From: a virus | Taxonomy: Duplodnaviria; Caudoviricetes | Length of the DNA stretch: 64,000 nt | Virus record (IMG/VR): IMGVR_UViG_3300048670_001567 | Span: 30,536-94,535 of that record | Reading direction: 5' to 3' (one strand) | In this document: piece after piece, positions 48,816 through 57,524 of the stretch | Layout: every line of letters starts with the position of its first letter | How positions within the stretch are numbered: the stretch's first letter is position 1 | The notes under the pieces: generated by a model | What the model was told of the DNA's origin: nothing | The model's database searches: none | Seen by the model: only the letters and a program-made list of their open reading frames with translations | Translations under genes and position numbers: made by a program

Positions 48816-48892
48816 TGGCCTGCCCAGAGGGATTCGAACCCCCGACCCTATCATTAGAAGTGATATGCTCTATCCAGCTGAGCTATGGGCAG
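48816..48892 (-). tRNA. tRNA-Arg(TCT)
   Basis: cloverleaf, CCA. Confidence 0.93.
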
Positions 48893-48903
48893 GTAACAAA
48901 ATA

Positions 48904-48932
48904 ATTATAGTATGGTTCAGGGAGGATGTCAA
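48904..48932 (-). promoter_or_regulatory. consensus sigma70 promoter
   Basis: TTGACA-17-TATAAT. Confidence 0.88.
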
Positions 48933-48954
48933 TGACTTTAGATTGACGAGAATT

Positions 48955-49030
48955 TGGTGGAGGTGGACGGGATCGAACCGACGACATTTAGCTTGCAAAG
49001 CTAACGCTCTCCCAACTGAGCTACACCCCC
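48955..49030 (-). tRNA. tRNA-Ala(TGC)
   Basis: cloverleaf, G3:U70 pair, CCA. Confidence 0.94.
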
Positions 49031-49066
49031 TTGGGGTAATCTGGCAAGAACCTTACCAAAAAAATA

Positions 49067-49142
49067 TGGTGCTGGAGGCAGGATTCGAACTCGCGACCCC
49101 CTGATTACAAATCAGGTGCTCTACCGACTGAGCTACTCCAGC
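49067..49142 (-). tRNA. tRNA-Thr(TGT)
   Basis: cloverleaf, CCA, one T-stem mismatch. Confidence 0.88.
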
Positions 49143-49150
49143 GTTAAACT

Positions 49151-49528
49151 TTACGCCGACTTCTTTGCACGTGGTTTACGTGCAGGTTTTTCTACAACTG
49201 CCACTGTGACCTGTTCTGCCGATGGGGCAGCTTTGGGCTGACGTGGCTTGCGTGTTTTTTTGACTTCGGGGACCACTTCTACTGCAACTGTTTCTGTCAC
49301 TGGATTCTCGGGCACCATCACTTCTGCGGTCTTGGCACGTGACTTCTTGGCGACAACTTTGGTGATTTTATCTTCCACCATGGCAATGGCAGCTCTGACT
49401 TCCAGTACGAGCTTGTCCCAGTGTGTGACAAATTCAATGCGACCGTCTGGATATTCAGTGCGTGTGCTGTGGTTGCCTTGTGTTACCTGAGGTTCAGTTT
49501 GTTTGGTGTAACGTTTGGTTGTCTTCAT
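49151..49528 (-). CDS. Lys/Ala/Pro-rich basic-tail protein
   Basis: 125 aa, histone-like tail, TATAAATA upstream. Confidence 0.65.
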   Translation of the reverse strand: MKTTKRYTKQTEPQVTQGNHSTRTEYPDGRIEFVTHWDKLVLEVRAAIAMVEDKITKVVAKKSRAKTAEVMVPENPVTETVAVEVVPEVKKTRKPRQPKAAPSAEQVTVAVVEKPARKPRAKKSA

Positions 49529-49566
49529 AAAAATATTTATACTCGAAATACAATACTATTATTTTT

Positions 49567-49642
49567 TGGCTCCCCGACCTGGGCTCGAACCAGGGACACA
49601 CGGATTAACAGTCCGTTGCTCTACCGACTGAGCTATCGGGGA
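49567..49642 (-). tRNA. tRNA-Asn(GTT)
   Basis: cloverleaf, CCA. Confidence 0.94.
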
Positions 49643-49690
49643 ATTAAATTTACTTATACCAGGCCAGTGACAGTAATAATTTTACACTTC

Positions 49691-49910
49691 TGGTATTGGG
49701 AATAGGTGTCAGGCCACCTGCACCACCAGGCCCCTGACTGAGCTGTTACTCTGTCCAGATGTTCACTATAGAGGAGCATCACACCTGTGGGCCGTTCTCG
49801 TAGGGTCCGACTGCTACGCTGTTCCTCAAGGTGGACAGAGCACCTGAGAGTTTCTGGAAGTTCCGGCCGGAACTGGGACTCACAACCTCCTGATTGAACC
49901 GTCAGGATCG
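49691..49910 (-). ncRNA. putative structured non-coding RNA inside the tRNA cluster
   Basis: several nested or adjacent stems, GC-rich, no credible ORF. Confidence 0.45.
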
Positions 49911-49918
49911 GTAGTGTT

Positions 49919-49995
49919 TGGTACGAGCGGGGGGACTTGAACCCACCGACCAACGGATTAAAAGCCCGCTGCTCTACCAACTGAGCTACACTCGC
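49919..49995 (-). tRNA. tRNA-Lys(TTT)
   Basis: cloverleaf, CCA. Confidence 0.88.
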
Positions 49996-50003
49996 ATAAA
50001 ATC

Positions 50004-50094
50004 TGGCGGAGAGTCAGGGATTCGAACCCTGGATACAGCTTAACTGTATGCCGGTTTAGTAGACCGGTGCAATCGACCACTCTGCCAACTCTCC
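50004..50094 (-). tRNA. tRNA-Ser with ACT anticodon
   Basis: CCGGT-CTACTAA-ACCGG, long variable arm, G73, CCA. Confidence 0.88.
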
Positions 50095-50144
50095 CAACGT
50101 TCAACAAGTATATACAGTTTCTGATGCCAAGTCAATAAAAATAT

Positions 50145-50220
50145 TGGTGGGTAGTGTTGGACTCGAACCAACATCGTCCTCCTTGTAAGGGAGGTGCATA
50201 ACCTCTCTGCTCAACTACCC
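50145..50220 (-). tRNA. tRNA-Val(TAC)
   Basis: cloverleaf, CCA. Confidence 0.88.
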
Positions 50221-50230
50221 AATAAATTTG

Positions 50231-50315
50231 TGGTGCCCGGGGCCGGAATCGAACCGGCACGCCTTGCGGCGGAGGATTTTGAGTCCTCTGCGTCTACCTG
50301 TTTCACCACCCGGGC
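50231..50315 (-). tRNA. tRNA-Leu(CAA)
   Basis: cloverleaf, long variable arm, CCA. Confidence 0.94.
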
Positions 50316-50317
50316 TG

Positions 50318-50392
50318 GGGTTGCGGAGACCTGGATTTGAACCAAGAACTCAGGCTTATGAGACCTGTGTGATGCCATTTCACTATCCCGCG
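50318..50392 (-). tRNA. tRNA-Met(CAT), initiator-like, imperfect acceptor end
   Basis: 5' CGCGGG, CAT anticodon, irregular 3' end. Confidence 0.7.
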
Positions 50393-50499
50393 TCGGTATT
50401 TTACAGCTGATTTGTTAATGAACACATCTACTATTTAACCAGTATACCATCGTTGCAGGCAGATGTCAATCACAAGTTTAAAAATTCAGAAAAAATACA

Positions 50500-51156
50500 T
50501 CAGTCTGATTGCTTTGATTGTTCTATTCTTTGATGTGATTCAAGTATTTGTTTTACTAGTGCTCCATTTTTGAAATCACGTTCCCAAACAATTTCCGGAT
50601 AGTCATTGGGCCGCCAGGGGCAAATATTTTCAAAATAAGTTGCCATATCAGCGTAATCAATACCGACATCACAGGGCACATCGTAGGTCTGCAATCGATT
50701 GCCCATCTCAGGTAAAAGTAAGTGTAAGGGGTAGATGGGGCATTGATCCAGATGTTCTTGATAGACTGATTGTTGAGTGCCACTGTGTTGAAATTCAGGG
50801 TTGGTTGTGGTAGCAAATGAATTCTTTTGAAACATAAAATAACAACTGATGGCCCAGCTAATAATATCTGATCTAGTCAGGCGAATCACATGCCATTCTT
50901 CCAGATGTTTTGTTTGCTGAATTAACTTTTCCTTGGATATTAGGTCATTGGCAATACATATATGATATTTGCCATTACCAGTATTAATGTCCTGGTGTAT
51001 GTCCCTGCCATTGAGTTGATCCTGAATTACATAAGGCACCTGTTGCCTTCTGAGTAGAATCTCAATGACATTCTGTAAGTAATGTGATCCCGAGCGGGGA
51101 CTGCCGACAATAATCGTTCCGCGTTTTTTCAGATCATATAATTGAATTTGACTCAT
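50500..51156 (-). CDS. sulfotransferase-like protein
   Basis: GSPRSGSHYL, IRLTR.D....IS. Confidence 0.6.
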   Translation of the reverse strand: MSQIQLYDLKKRGTIIVGSPRSGSHYLQNVIEILLRRQQVPYVIQDQLNGRDIHQDINTGNGKYHICIANDLISKEKLIQQTKHLEEWHVIRLTRSDIISWAISCYFMFQKNSFATTTNPEFQHSGTQQSVYQEHLDQCPIYPLHLLLPEMGNRLQTYDVPCDVGIDYADMATYFENICPWRPNDYPEIVWERDFKNGALVKQILESHQRIEQSKQSD

Positions 51157-51604
51157 TGGCTGGCAATTTTTAGTTTAAATATTTAGTTATTTTGAAAATC
51201 AAAAAAAAACACTACAGTGCATTGCAAAATTCAATATCTGTTATTTGCAAAAAAAATGTGCAGGTGCACAAATTTTGTTGCAACCGCACATAAATAACCA
51301 TATACTAGTTTTGGTAACACAGTAACTTAACCAACAGGAGACAGCAATGAACAATTGGCAGCCCATGACCGAGGAAGATTTTGCCTGGCTCGGTAGTTTA
51401 AATAAAAAATCTCAGTGAGGACCACCCATATGAATAACTTACACGGTCTTATTGCATTGACTCTGATTTTTGTCACCAACGCCGCCTGTGCCGATGCCTC
51501 AGTCACAGACAAGTTGGTGGTGACCCCACCCATCATCATGCCCCAGGAGTTGGTCCTGGTAACTGAACAAGTTTTGCCCCCACCAACACCAGTGGTATTT
51601 AAAT

Positions 51605-51635
51605 AAAAACAAGGGCACTCAGTGCCCTTGTTTTT
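51605..51635. terminator. bidirectional terminator
   Basis: AAAAACAAGGGCACT-C-AGTGCCCTTGTTTTT. Confidence 0.85.
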
Positions 51636-51663
51636 TGATCCACCCCGAGTATGCTGCCAGATA

Positions 51664-51840
51664 TTAAACTTGTCCTGTGACTTTTTGTAACGCATCCTTG
51701 CGCATCAAGAATGTTCTGTTGGCGTTTTCCTGATGTCTGACCACCAGATATTCAATGCCTTCAATCAGGCGAATATCTCTAACATCATCGCACACCACAC
51801 GCTCGTTGTTGAATCGATTCTTCATCGTCACTGCTTTCAT
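51664..51840 (-). CDS. 58-aa hypothetical protein (not in ORF track)
   Basis: MKAVTMKNRFNNERVVCDD...; GGAGG RBS. Confidence 0.65.
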   Translation of the reverse strand: MKAVTMKNRFNNERVVCDDVRDIRLIEGIEYLVVRHQENANRTFLMRKDALQKVTGQV

Positions 51841-51867
51841 GTTATCGCCTCCCTTTAAATTACATAC

Positions 51868-52374
51868 TTATTGTTTTGTCAATCGATTCATCTGGTTACT
51901 GCAACTGTTCCTGGAACTGACTCTGGCCAATTCCATTACTGGCAGACGAATTCGGCCGTTTCTTTTCTTTAACCAGGCATTCTGAATGTCATATGCTTCC
52001 TGCTCAAGTCGCATATGTGACTCACACGATTCAGCACCGTGTTTATTGGTTTTTCCTGACAGGTCCTGCAGGTAATGTACTACCTCGTGAACATACAAAC
52101 TTTTGCTGTAATCGTCCCAGTCGGTGATGTTATCGTTTAGATAAATTGTCTGTTGATAGTAGACACCACGAGGAGACACATTTGCTCCACACTCTCCCCG
52201 ACACATCCATTGCCGTAACTCCCTGTCAGTAATGCGTTCTATTCTGGGAGCAGAATACTCTAATTTGGCCGGGTATAAATCAAATACTTCTCTGGTTAAC
52301 TCAGAAAAATTTACCGATGTCTGTGCCTGGGCATCAGCACAAATCATCACCAACGTTAAAAAAAGTTTTTTCAT
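51868..52374 (-). CDS. secreted HExxH metallopeptidase-like protein
   Basis: start MKKLFLT, signal peptide, HEVVHYLQ, E.EAY..Q. Confidence 0.7.
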   Translation of the reverse strand: MKKLFLTLVMICADAQAQTSVNFSELTREVFDLYPAKLEYSAPRIERITDRELRQWMCRGECGANVSPRGVYYQQTIYLNDNITDWDDYSKSLYVHEVVHYLQDLSGKTNKHGAESCESHMRLEQEAYDIQNAWLKKRNGRIRLPVMELARVSSRNSCSNQMNRLTKQ

Positions 52375-52423
52375 AAGAAAATTTTTTAAAAATTTAGGAT
52401 CTGAACTGAGTTCGTCAATGCTA

Positions 52424-54478
52424 TTAGAATAGCACAAAGTCGGCAGCAGACAATTTGCCAATGCCCACCGTAGAGACTTCGGCAAATTGTACAGGCGCAA
52501 TCTTTCCAGTGCCGTCTGCATCGTAGTAGAGTTTATTGGCGGCACTGTCATAAATGACTCTGTCATACTTGTCCTGTGCCTGTGTGCCAACGATGAACTG
52601 ATCGGCAAATTTGATTGAACCAGATATCTTGAACATGGATTTAGACAAACGAACTTTGTCCACACCAACCTCAAAGTCAGTGATCGCATCAATATTAGTG
52701 GCACCGGGTGCGGTATCAAACACAAAATAATCTGCAGCAGCGCCACCAGTGAGCACATCATTACCTGATCCACCGGACATCTGATCAGACCCAGCACCGC
52801 CCTGGATGGTGTCATTACCAGCAAGCCCAGTCAGTATGTCTGATCCCAATGAGCCCACGATGCTGTTATTCAAAGTATTTCCCTTGCCCTTGAATGTTGC
52901 CGGACCAGTGTAAGTCAAATTCTCCACGTTGCTGCCCAGTGTGTAACTCACCAGTGAGGTCATTACCGTGTCAGTGCCTTGATTGGCCAGTTCCACCACC
53001 CGATCGCCAGTGCTGTCCACGTAGTAGGTGTCGTCACCCAACCCGCCCACCATGGAGTCATTACCTGCTCCACCGTCCAGGGTGTCATCACCCGCAAGCC
53101 CCGTTAGGGTGTCGTTACCACCGAGCCCCTGAATTGAATCAGCATCATTCGTTCCTGAAAGTCGATCTGCTTTGGCAGTGCCTCGGATTACGGGATCTAT
53201 ACCCAGGAAGACCTGCACTTGCTCTCCAATGTTTCTGGTAAGTGAGGGTGGAATAACTCCTCGCGCAGCGACGACATCCATAACTCCATCGTTATTGGCG
53301 TCAAAGAAAAATGCATTGGTTAAATACCAGTCAGGGAACGATTCCCTGGTCTGAAATGGCCCATTGGCATTCGTGGCGAAGTGCCCTGTGCCATCGTTGT
53401 ACCAGACCAGATCATTGAACTTACTGGGGTGAATGCCAAATGTACTGTTCCAGAAGTCTGTATAACCATCATTATTGAAATCTCTGAAATAGATCTGCAA
53501 GCCAGCACCCTTGCCAGCCAAATTATAAACAGCGCCACTTGGATCGGTTTGGAGGCGACCATTCGCATCTTGGAAATAAACCGTGGCGATGGTATTACTT
53601 AGATTCATACCAGTAACCTCGGTCTCCCAAGTGACAACCAAATCCTCCCTGCCATCGTTATTGACGTCGATGTTGGTCATGTCGACTGCACCGTAGTTTC
53701 TTTCACGATCCTGACCCAGATTCGGTCTGGCCAGAGTCTGTGTCTCAACAAAAAATCCGTTTTGCTGATTCAGGACCGCGAGGTCTCCTGGTGATTGGGT
53801 AGGATCAAACCAGCGATAAGCACCAGCAACCAAGCCATAGGAAGCACCCAATCGAATGAAGGTGGCGCCAGATGCAGAGAATGTCCCATCATTAAATTTA
53901 ACTGGCACCAGATCTTCTCGGGTGGTGAAATGACCACGCCCATCGTTTACCAGAATCCGCAAGTGCCTAAAGGATGCGATAACCGCATCCAGCTTGCCAT
54001 CGGCATTAAAATCTGCTGATGCGCCGATGTGATTGAAAGTAACATCATTATTGCCCGCCACCAAGAATTCATCAGTGGGTACGGATTTTAGTCCAGAACC
54101 CGTGCCCACGTAGAATTTTGGCTGGCTAAATTGGAAGGCCGCGCTATTTCGGTTATCTAACTCAAACCCCTGATCCATCATCAGATAATCATAAATGCCA
54201 TCACCCGTGAAATCACCAGGAACAGCGTCTCTGAAATATTGAAAACTGCTGGGGCCAGAAACCAAGTCGGGTCTGGCAGAAAAAACACCATTGGAGTTGG
54301 ACCACACCAAGGGCTGCAACTCGGGAAAAGTGGTAAAGTTAGAAGGAAAGGTAACCAGATCGGTGAATCCATTTCCGTCGACGTCGGCAATAACTACTGC
54401 ATTGATTTTGCCGTAGGCATATGTCAGGGAATTCGCTTCATTCAAATACTGCGCCGAGGTGTAAGAGGTTTTTAACAT
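52424..54478 (-). CDS. FG-GAP repeat plus RTX Ca-binding repeat protein
   Basis: DxxxDG..D repeats, GGxGxD nonapeptides, C-terminal T1SS-type tail. Confidence 0.88.
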   Translation of the reverse strand: MLKTSYTSAQYLNEANSLTYAYGKINAVVIADVDGNGFTDLVTFPSNFTTFPELQPLVWSNSNGVFSARPDLVSGPSSFQYFRDAVPGDFTGDGIYDYLMMDQGFELDNRNSAAFQFSQPKFYVGTGSGLKSVPTDEFLVAGNNDVTFNHIGASADFNADGKLDAVIASFRHLRILVNDGRGHFTTREDLVPVKFNDGTFSASGATFIRLGASYGLVAGAYRWFDPTQSPGDLAVLNQQNGFFVETQTLARPNLGQDRERNYGAVDMTNIDVNNDGREDLVVTWETEVTGMNLSNTIATVYFQDANGRLQTDPSGAVYNLAGKGAGLQIYFRDFNNDGYTDFWNSTFGIHPSKFNDLVWYNDGTGHFATNANGPFQTRESFPDWYLTNAFFFDANNDGVMDVVAARGVIPPSLTRNIGEQVQVFLGIDPVIRGTAKADRLSGTNDADSIQGLGGNDTLTGLAGDDTLDGGAGNDSMVGGLGDDTYYVDSTGDRVVELANQGTDTVMTSLVSYTLGSNVENLTYTGPATFKGKGNTLNNSIVGSLGSDILTGLAGNDTIQGGAGSDQMSGGSGNDVLTGGAAADYFVFDTAPGATNIDAITDFEVGVDKVRLSKSMFKISGSIKFADQFIVGTQAQDKYDRVIYDSAANKLYYDADGTGKIAPVQFAEVSTVGIGKLSAADFVLF

Positions 54479-54557
54479 TTTATTTCCTTAGAACTATTCG
54501 GAGATAGACAAATCTATAAAATATTTAATAGCCAGCTGTCATGACAAATCAAGCCAC

Positions 54558-54586
54558 ATTATATTATGGTCTAGTAAATTTGTCAA
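54558..54586 (-). promoter_or_regulatory. consensus sigma70 promoter
   Basis: TTGACA-17-TATAAT. Confidence 0.85.
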
Positions 54587-54625
54587 ATACTATAAATGGA
54601 TTGCTGACCCAAGGAACGTAATGGT

Positions 54626-54702
54626 TGGAGCGGGAGACGAGGTTCGAACTCGCGACATTCACGTTGACAACATGATGCTCTACCCGACTGAGCTATCGAG
54701 GC
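54626..54702 (-). pseudogene. chimeric pseudo-tRNA (GTC anticodon, Gly-type 3' half, unpaired acceptor stem)
   Basis: 5' GCCTCGA cannot pair with 3' CTCCCGC; D and T arms intact. Confidence 0.65.
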
Positions 54703-54750
54703 CAACTTTTATACAGTTATCTACTAAATATTATTTTGCGGAGCACAAAT

Positions 54751-55113
54751 ATGTCACACTGGGGATATCATCTGACTCTGGACTGTCATGATTGCCATCG
54801 TGCGTTGATCAAAGAACGCCTAAATGTTCACAACTTCATCAAAGAATTGGTGAATCGCATAGACATGCAGCCCATTGGCGAACCTTGGATCGAACACACT
54901 GCTGCAGATCTTCCCGACAAGGCCGGGTTCACAGCAGTGCAAATCATTGTGACCAGCAGTATTGTGGCACACTTTGTGGACAGCACAGGTGACATCTACC
55001 TGGATGTTTTCAGTTGTCGGGAGTTTAAAATCAGCACGGTTAAGGAAGTGGTGCAGGAATATTTCAAACCCCAAAACATGCGTATGAATTTCCTGACACG
55101 TCAGGCTGGATAA
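54751..55113 (+). CDS. speD: S-adenosylmethionine decarboxylase proenzyme
   Basis: WGYHL.LD, GFTAVQII.TSSI.AH, YLDVFSCR. Confidence 0.88.
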   Translation: MSHWGYHLTLDCHDCHRALIKERLNVHNFIKELVNRIDMQPIGEPWIEHTAADLPDKAGFTAVQIIVTSSIVAHFVDSTGDIYLDVFSCREFKISTVKEVVQEYFKPQNMRMNFLTRQAG

Positions 55114-55136
55114 TCAAATATCAGGCTGGCAAATAC

Positions 55137-55190
55137 TGGCGAAATTAGTGAGATTCGAACCCCTAGGGCGCTATTTTAACGCTCACTGGT
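55137..55190 (-). pseudogene. 3'-half remnant of a Ser-like tRNA
   Basis: variable-arm hairpin, GGTTCGAATC and GCCA end; no 5' half. Confidence 0.45.
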
Positions 55191-55240
55191 AAAAAAATAT
55201 TTATAGCAAATTAAATTTGCTAAAATTTGATAGTTTAATT

Positions 55241-56257
55241 CTAAATAAAATTAAGTTCCTTAAGTTTTAATTTTATAAAATCCTTATAGGCATTGTGTTG
55301 TTTTGGGCCAGGGTGGCTGGCGTCGCTACCGAGATCCACGAAATTTGTAAAATTCATTCCGCTTGAATCCAAGGAAACGTTATAAGGATATAAGAAATAG
55401 TTTGGAAGAGTCTTTAAAAAACGGAAAAGTCCCCATTCAGGCAGCAGTCCAACAATCAATAATTTTACATTAAGTTTTTGACAAATGTTAATAACCCGCT
55501 CAATTGAATAGAGATGTTGAAAAAACAACGTTTCAGATAGTAAATAACGTTGAGAACAGATCGATTCTAAATAAGGATATCGTTTATATGCATTGGGATT
55601 TAAATGCAATAAATTTTGTTGGTGATAATAACTCGTACGATTGGTATTAGTTAATCCCCAAATCACGATATCTCCTGGGCGTAAATCACATCGGAGAATT
55701 TGATCTGCGGCCCAATCAATTGACGAGCCGGGGGCAGTTAAAAAACTACATGGCAATTGAAAGTCCCGGGATAATATTTCCCCGTACCTTTCGGATTGAG
55801 TTACGCCAACACCATGAGATATACTGCATCCAGCCACCCACATTTGTAATTTTTGAGTTTTTCTATCATCCACCACTGGATTAATATCGTAACTGAAATA
55901 AAGTTGTTGTTTACGAGTATCCACCACCTTGTCGGAATACATTAACAATAGTTGCTCAGTTAATCCCTGGGTTGATTCGGTGGGGTTTAAAAAATCTAAG
56001 ATTTTTCCGTCGGACCAATGGTCGGGAGGGAAATAATAAATTTTGTCAGCTTGTTGCAATATCTTTAAAAATGGCAGATGATTTCCATTAAATTCACCCA
56101 ACGAAGTATAAACGACAATATCGTGTGTCAAAGGTTTATCCACAATATCAACAACATTATTGTTATCAACTAGGAAAGCGCCAGGATCAATTTTTTTGGC
56201 TTGATGCGATAGCTCTTCAAATATATCACCAACACACACAGTAAGAGAATAATTCAT
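55241..56257 (-). CDS. SGNH-hydrolase-like protein (AT-rich)
   Basis: GCSISHGVG, WGLT...R, D.SHPG. Confidence 0.6.
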   Translation of the reverse strand: MNYSLTVCVGDIFEELSHQAKKIDPGAFLVDNNNVVDIVDKPLTHDIVVYTSLGEFNGNHLPFLKILQQADKIYYFPPDHWSDGKILDFLNPTESTQGLTEQLLLMYSDKVVDTRKQQLYFSYDINPVVDDRKTQKLQMWVAGCSISHGVGVTQSERYGEILSRDFQLPCSFLTAPGSSIDWAADQILRCDLRPGDIVIWGLTNTNRTSYYHQQNLLHLNPNAYKRYPYLESICSQRYLLSETLFFQHLYSIERVINICQKLNVKLLIVGLLPEWGLFRFLKTLPNYFLYPYNVSLDSSGMNFTNFVDLGSDASHPGPKQHNAYKDFIKLKLKELNFI

Positions 56258-56637
56258 GTTTAACGAAATGTCCTGATTTTTTCTATTTTCAGATTATCAC
56301 CGAGTCTGAATTTATATTTGGTAAAGTTTTATAAATTTGTTTTCTTTATAATACTATTTAATATGATTTAATATCAAACTTAATTTTTACAGTGAGGCAG
56401 TTAATCTCTACTTGTTCAGCGGTTGACAACAGCAAAAACCCCAGGATTTTTCGTCCTGGGGGTCTCTCGGTATACACTCTCTCATTTACGCCGTCATCAC
56501 ATATGATTTTCGTCTATGCTGACTACCTGACCAGGCCCATAATCATTTCAGCATAGTGTACCGCTATAAAAATTCACTGTCGTACTGCCGTTTTATTTAT
56601 GCCCGAAAAATTGGTCATACAAAACATCTGCTGATCC

Positions 56638-56929
56638 TGGTGCCCGAGGCCGGAATCGAACCGGCACACCTGTTTAGGGTGGCAGATTTTCTTACCACTA
56701 TAGTTTTCACTACCAATCCTAGGATTGTTTGTGGTCTGGACTATACCTTCATCATAGCGCAACGCCTTAGATGCTCGCCGTCTAGTCTCTACACCTTCCC
56801 ATTACTGGGCTTGGCTCGGTATTAGCAGGTTAAAGCCTTCACCGAATTTGACGAGTTCTACTCTGGTGGTTTCCCGCCAGGCACTCAAATTTTCAAGTCT
56901 GCTGTGTCTACCGATTTCACCACTCGGGC
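56638..56929 (-). tRNA. tRNA-Leu(TAA) with group I intron
   Basis: exons 56895..56929 and 56638..56690 rejoin to GCAGA-CTTAAAA-TCTGC. Confidence 0.92.
56691..56894 (-). ncRNA. group I intron (IC3-type), 204 nt
   Basis: follows U, ends in G; core GTCAAATTCGG, GTAGAGACTAGA, AAGGTATAGTCC; IGS GAGT. Confidence 0.92.
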
Positions 56930-56938
56930 CTGCTACCT

Positions 56939-57148
56939 TTACTCGTTGACCTGGTCCTCGGTGGCACCATCGTCATCATCAAATGCTTCCTGGAAGTCAT
57001 GCACAGTGTCTTCCACAAATTCTTCCACTTCGTGTGCGATATCTGACACCAGTTCTGCAACATTTTCTGCCACAGCACCAGCAAATTCTCCCACATTTTC
57101 CACCACATCCTGCATCTGCTCCAACAAATTCTTTTTTGGGTCTGACAT
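56939..57148 (-). CDS. highly acidic small protein
   Basis: 69 aa, AAGGAG RBS, 11-residue periodicity. Confidence 0.65.
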   Translation of the reverse strand: MSDPKKNLLEQMQDVVENVGEFAGAVAENVAELVSDIAHEVEEFVEDTVHDFQEAFDDDDGATEDQVNE

Positions 57149-57227
57149 AGTAAATTTCTCCTTTAGAATAACATCACTGATACTATTACAATAATCAAAG
57201 TCAACACGGATTCCACCTCCATATGAT

Positions 57228-57505
57228 TGGTGCGCCCACCTGGACTCGAACCAGGAACCAACGAATTCAAGTTTGTGTGACTTTCGCCACTCCTTGGACT
57301 ATGCCTTCACCATTGCTTGCGCTTTAGGTGGGTGCCGTCTAGTCTCTACACCTTCAACAATGTTTCCACTGAAGCTTGGCTCGGCGTTGCCATATGCTTT
57401 CGCACTTAGGGTTCTCCGAATTTGACACCATTCACTCAGCGTATTTCTACATCTGGTGCACCAAAAAGATGAGTTCGCTGCTCTGACCAATTGAGCTATG
57501 GGCGC
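57228..57505 (-). tRNA. tRNA-Ile2(CAT) with group I intron
   Basis: exons 57469..57505 and 57228..57267 rejoin to GCGAA-CTCATAA-TTCGT; adjacent to tilS. Confidence 0.9.
57268..57468 (-). ncRNA. group I intron, Azoarcus tRNA-Ile type, 201 nt
   Basis: blocks TATGGCAACGCCGAGCCAAGCTTC, GAAGGTGTAGAGACTAGACGGCACCCACCTAA and GGAGTGGCGAAAGTCACACAAAC match the Azoarcus ribozyme as recalled; IGS GTG; terminal G. Confidence 0.93.
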
Positions 57506-57524
57506 AAAACCTTCCACTGCTTAA

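Noticed and set aside
49421-50410. ORFs 49421..49705, 49654..49980 and 50228..50410
   Set aside because: Shadows of tRNA or ncRNA sequence
52375-52824. N-terminal extension of the 318-aa ORF 51868..52824
   Set aside because: Overlaps the RTX gene in another frame; the signal peptide begins at 52374
54626-54702. Functional tRNA-Asp(GTC)
   Set aside because: Acceptor stem cannot pair and the 3' half is Gly-type
56556-57517. ORFs 56556..56825, 56574..56762 and 57299..57517 as intron-encoded endonucleases
   Set aside because: Too short, no LAGLIDADG, HNH or GIY-YIG motif; they overlap structured RNA
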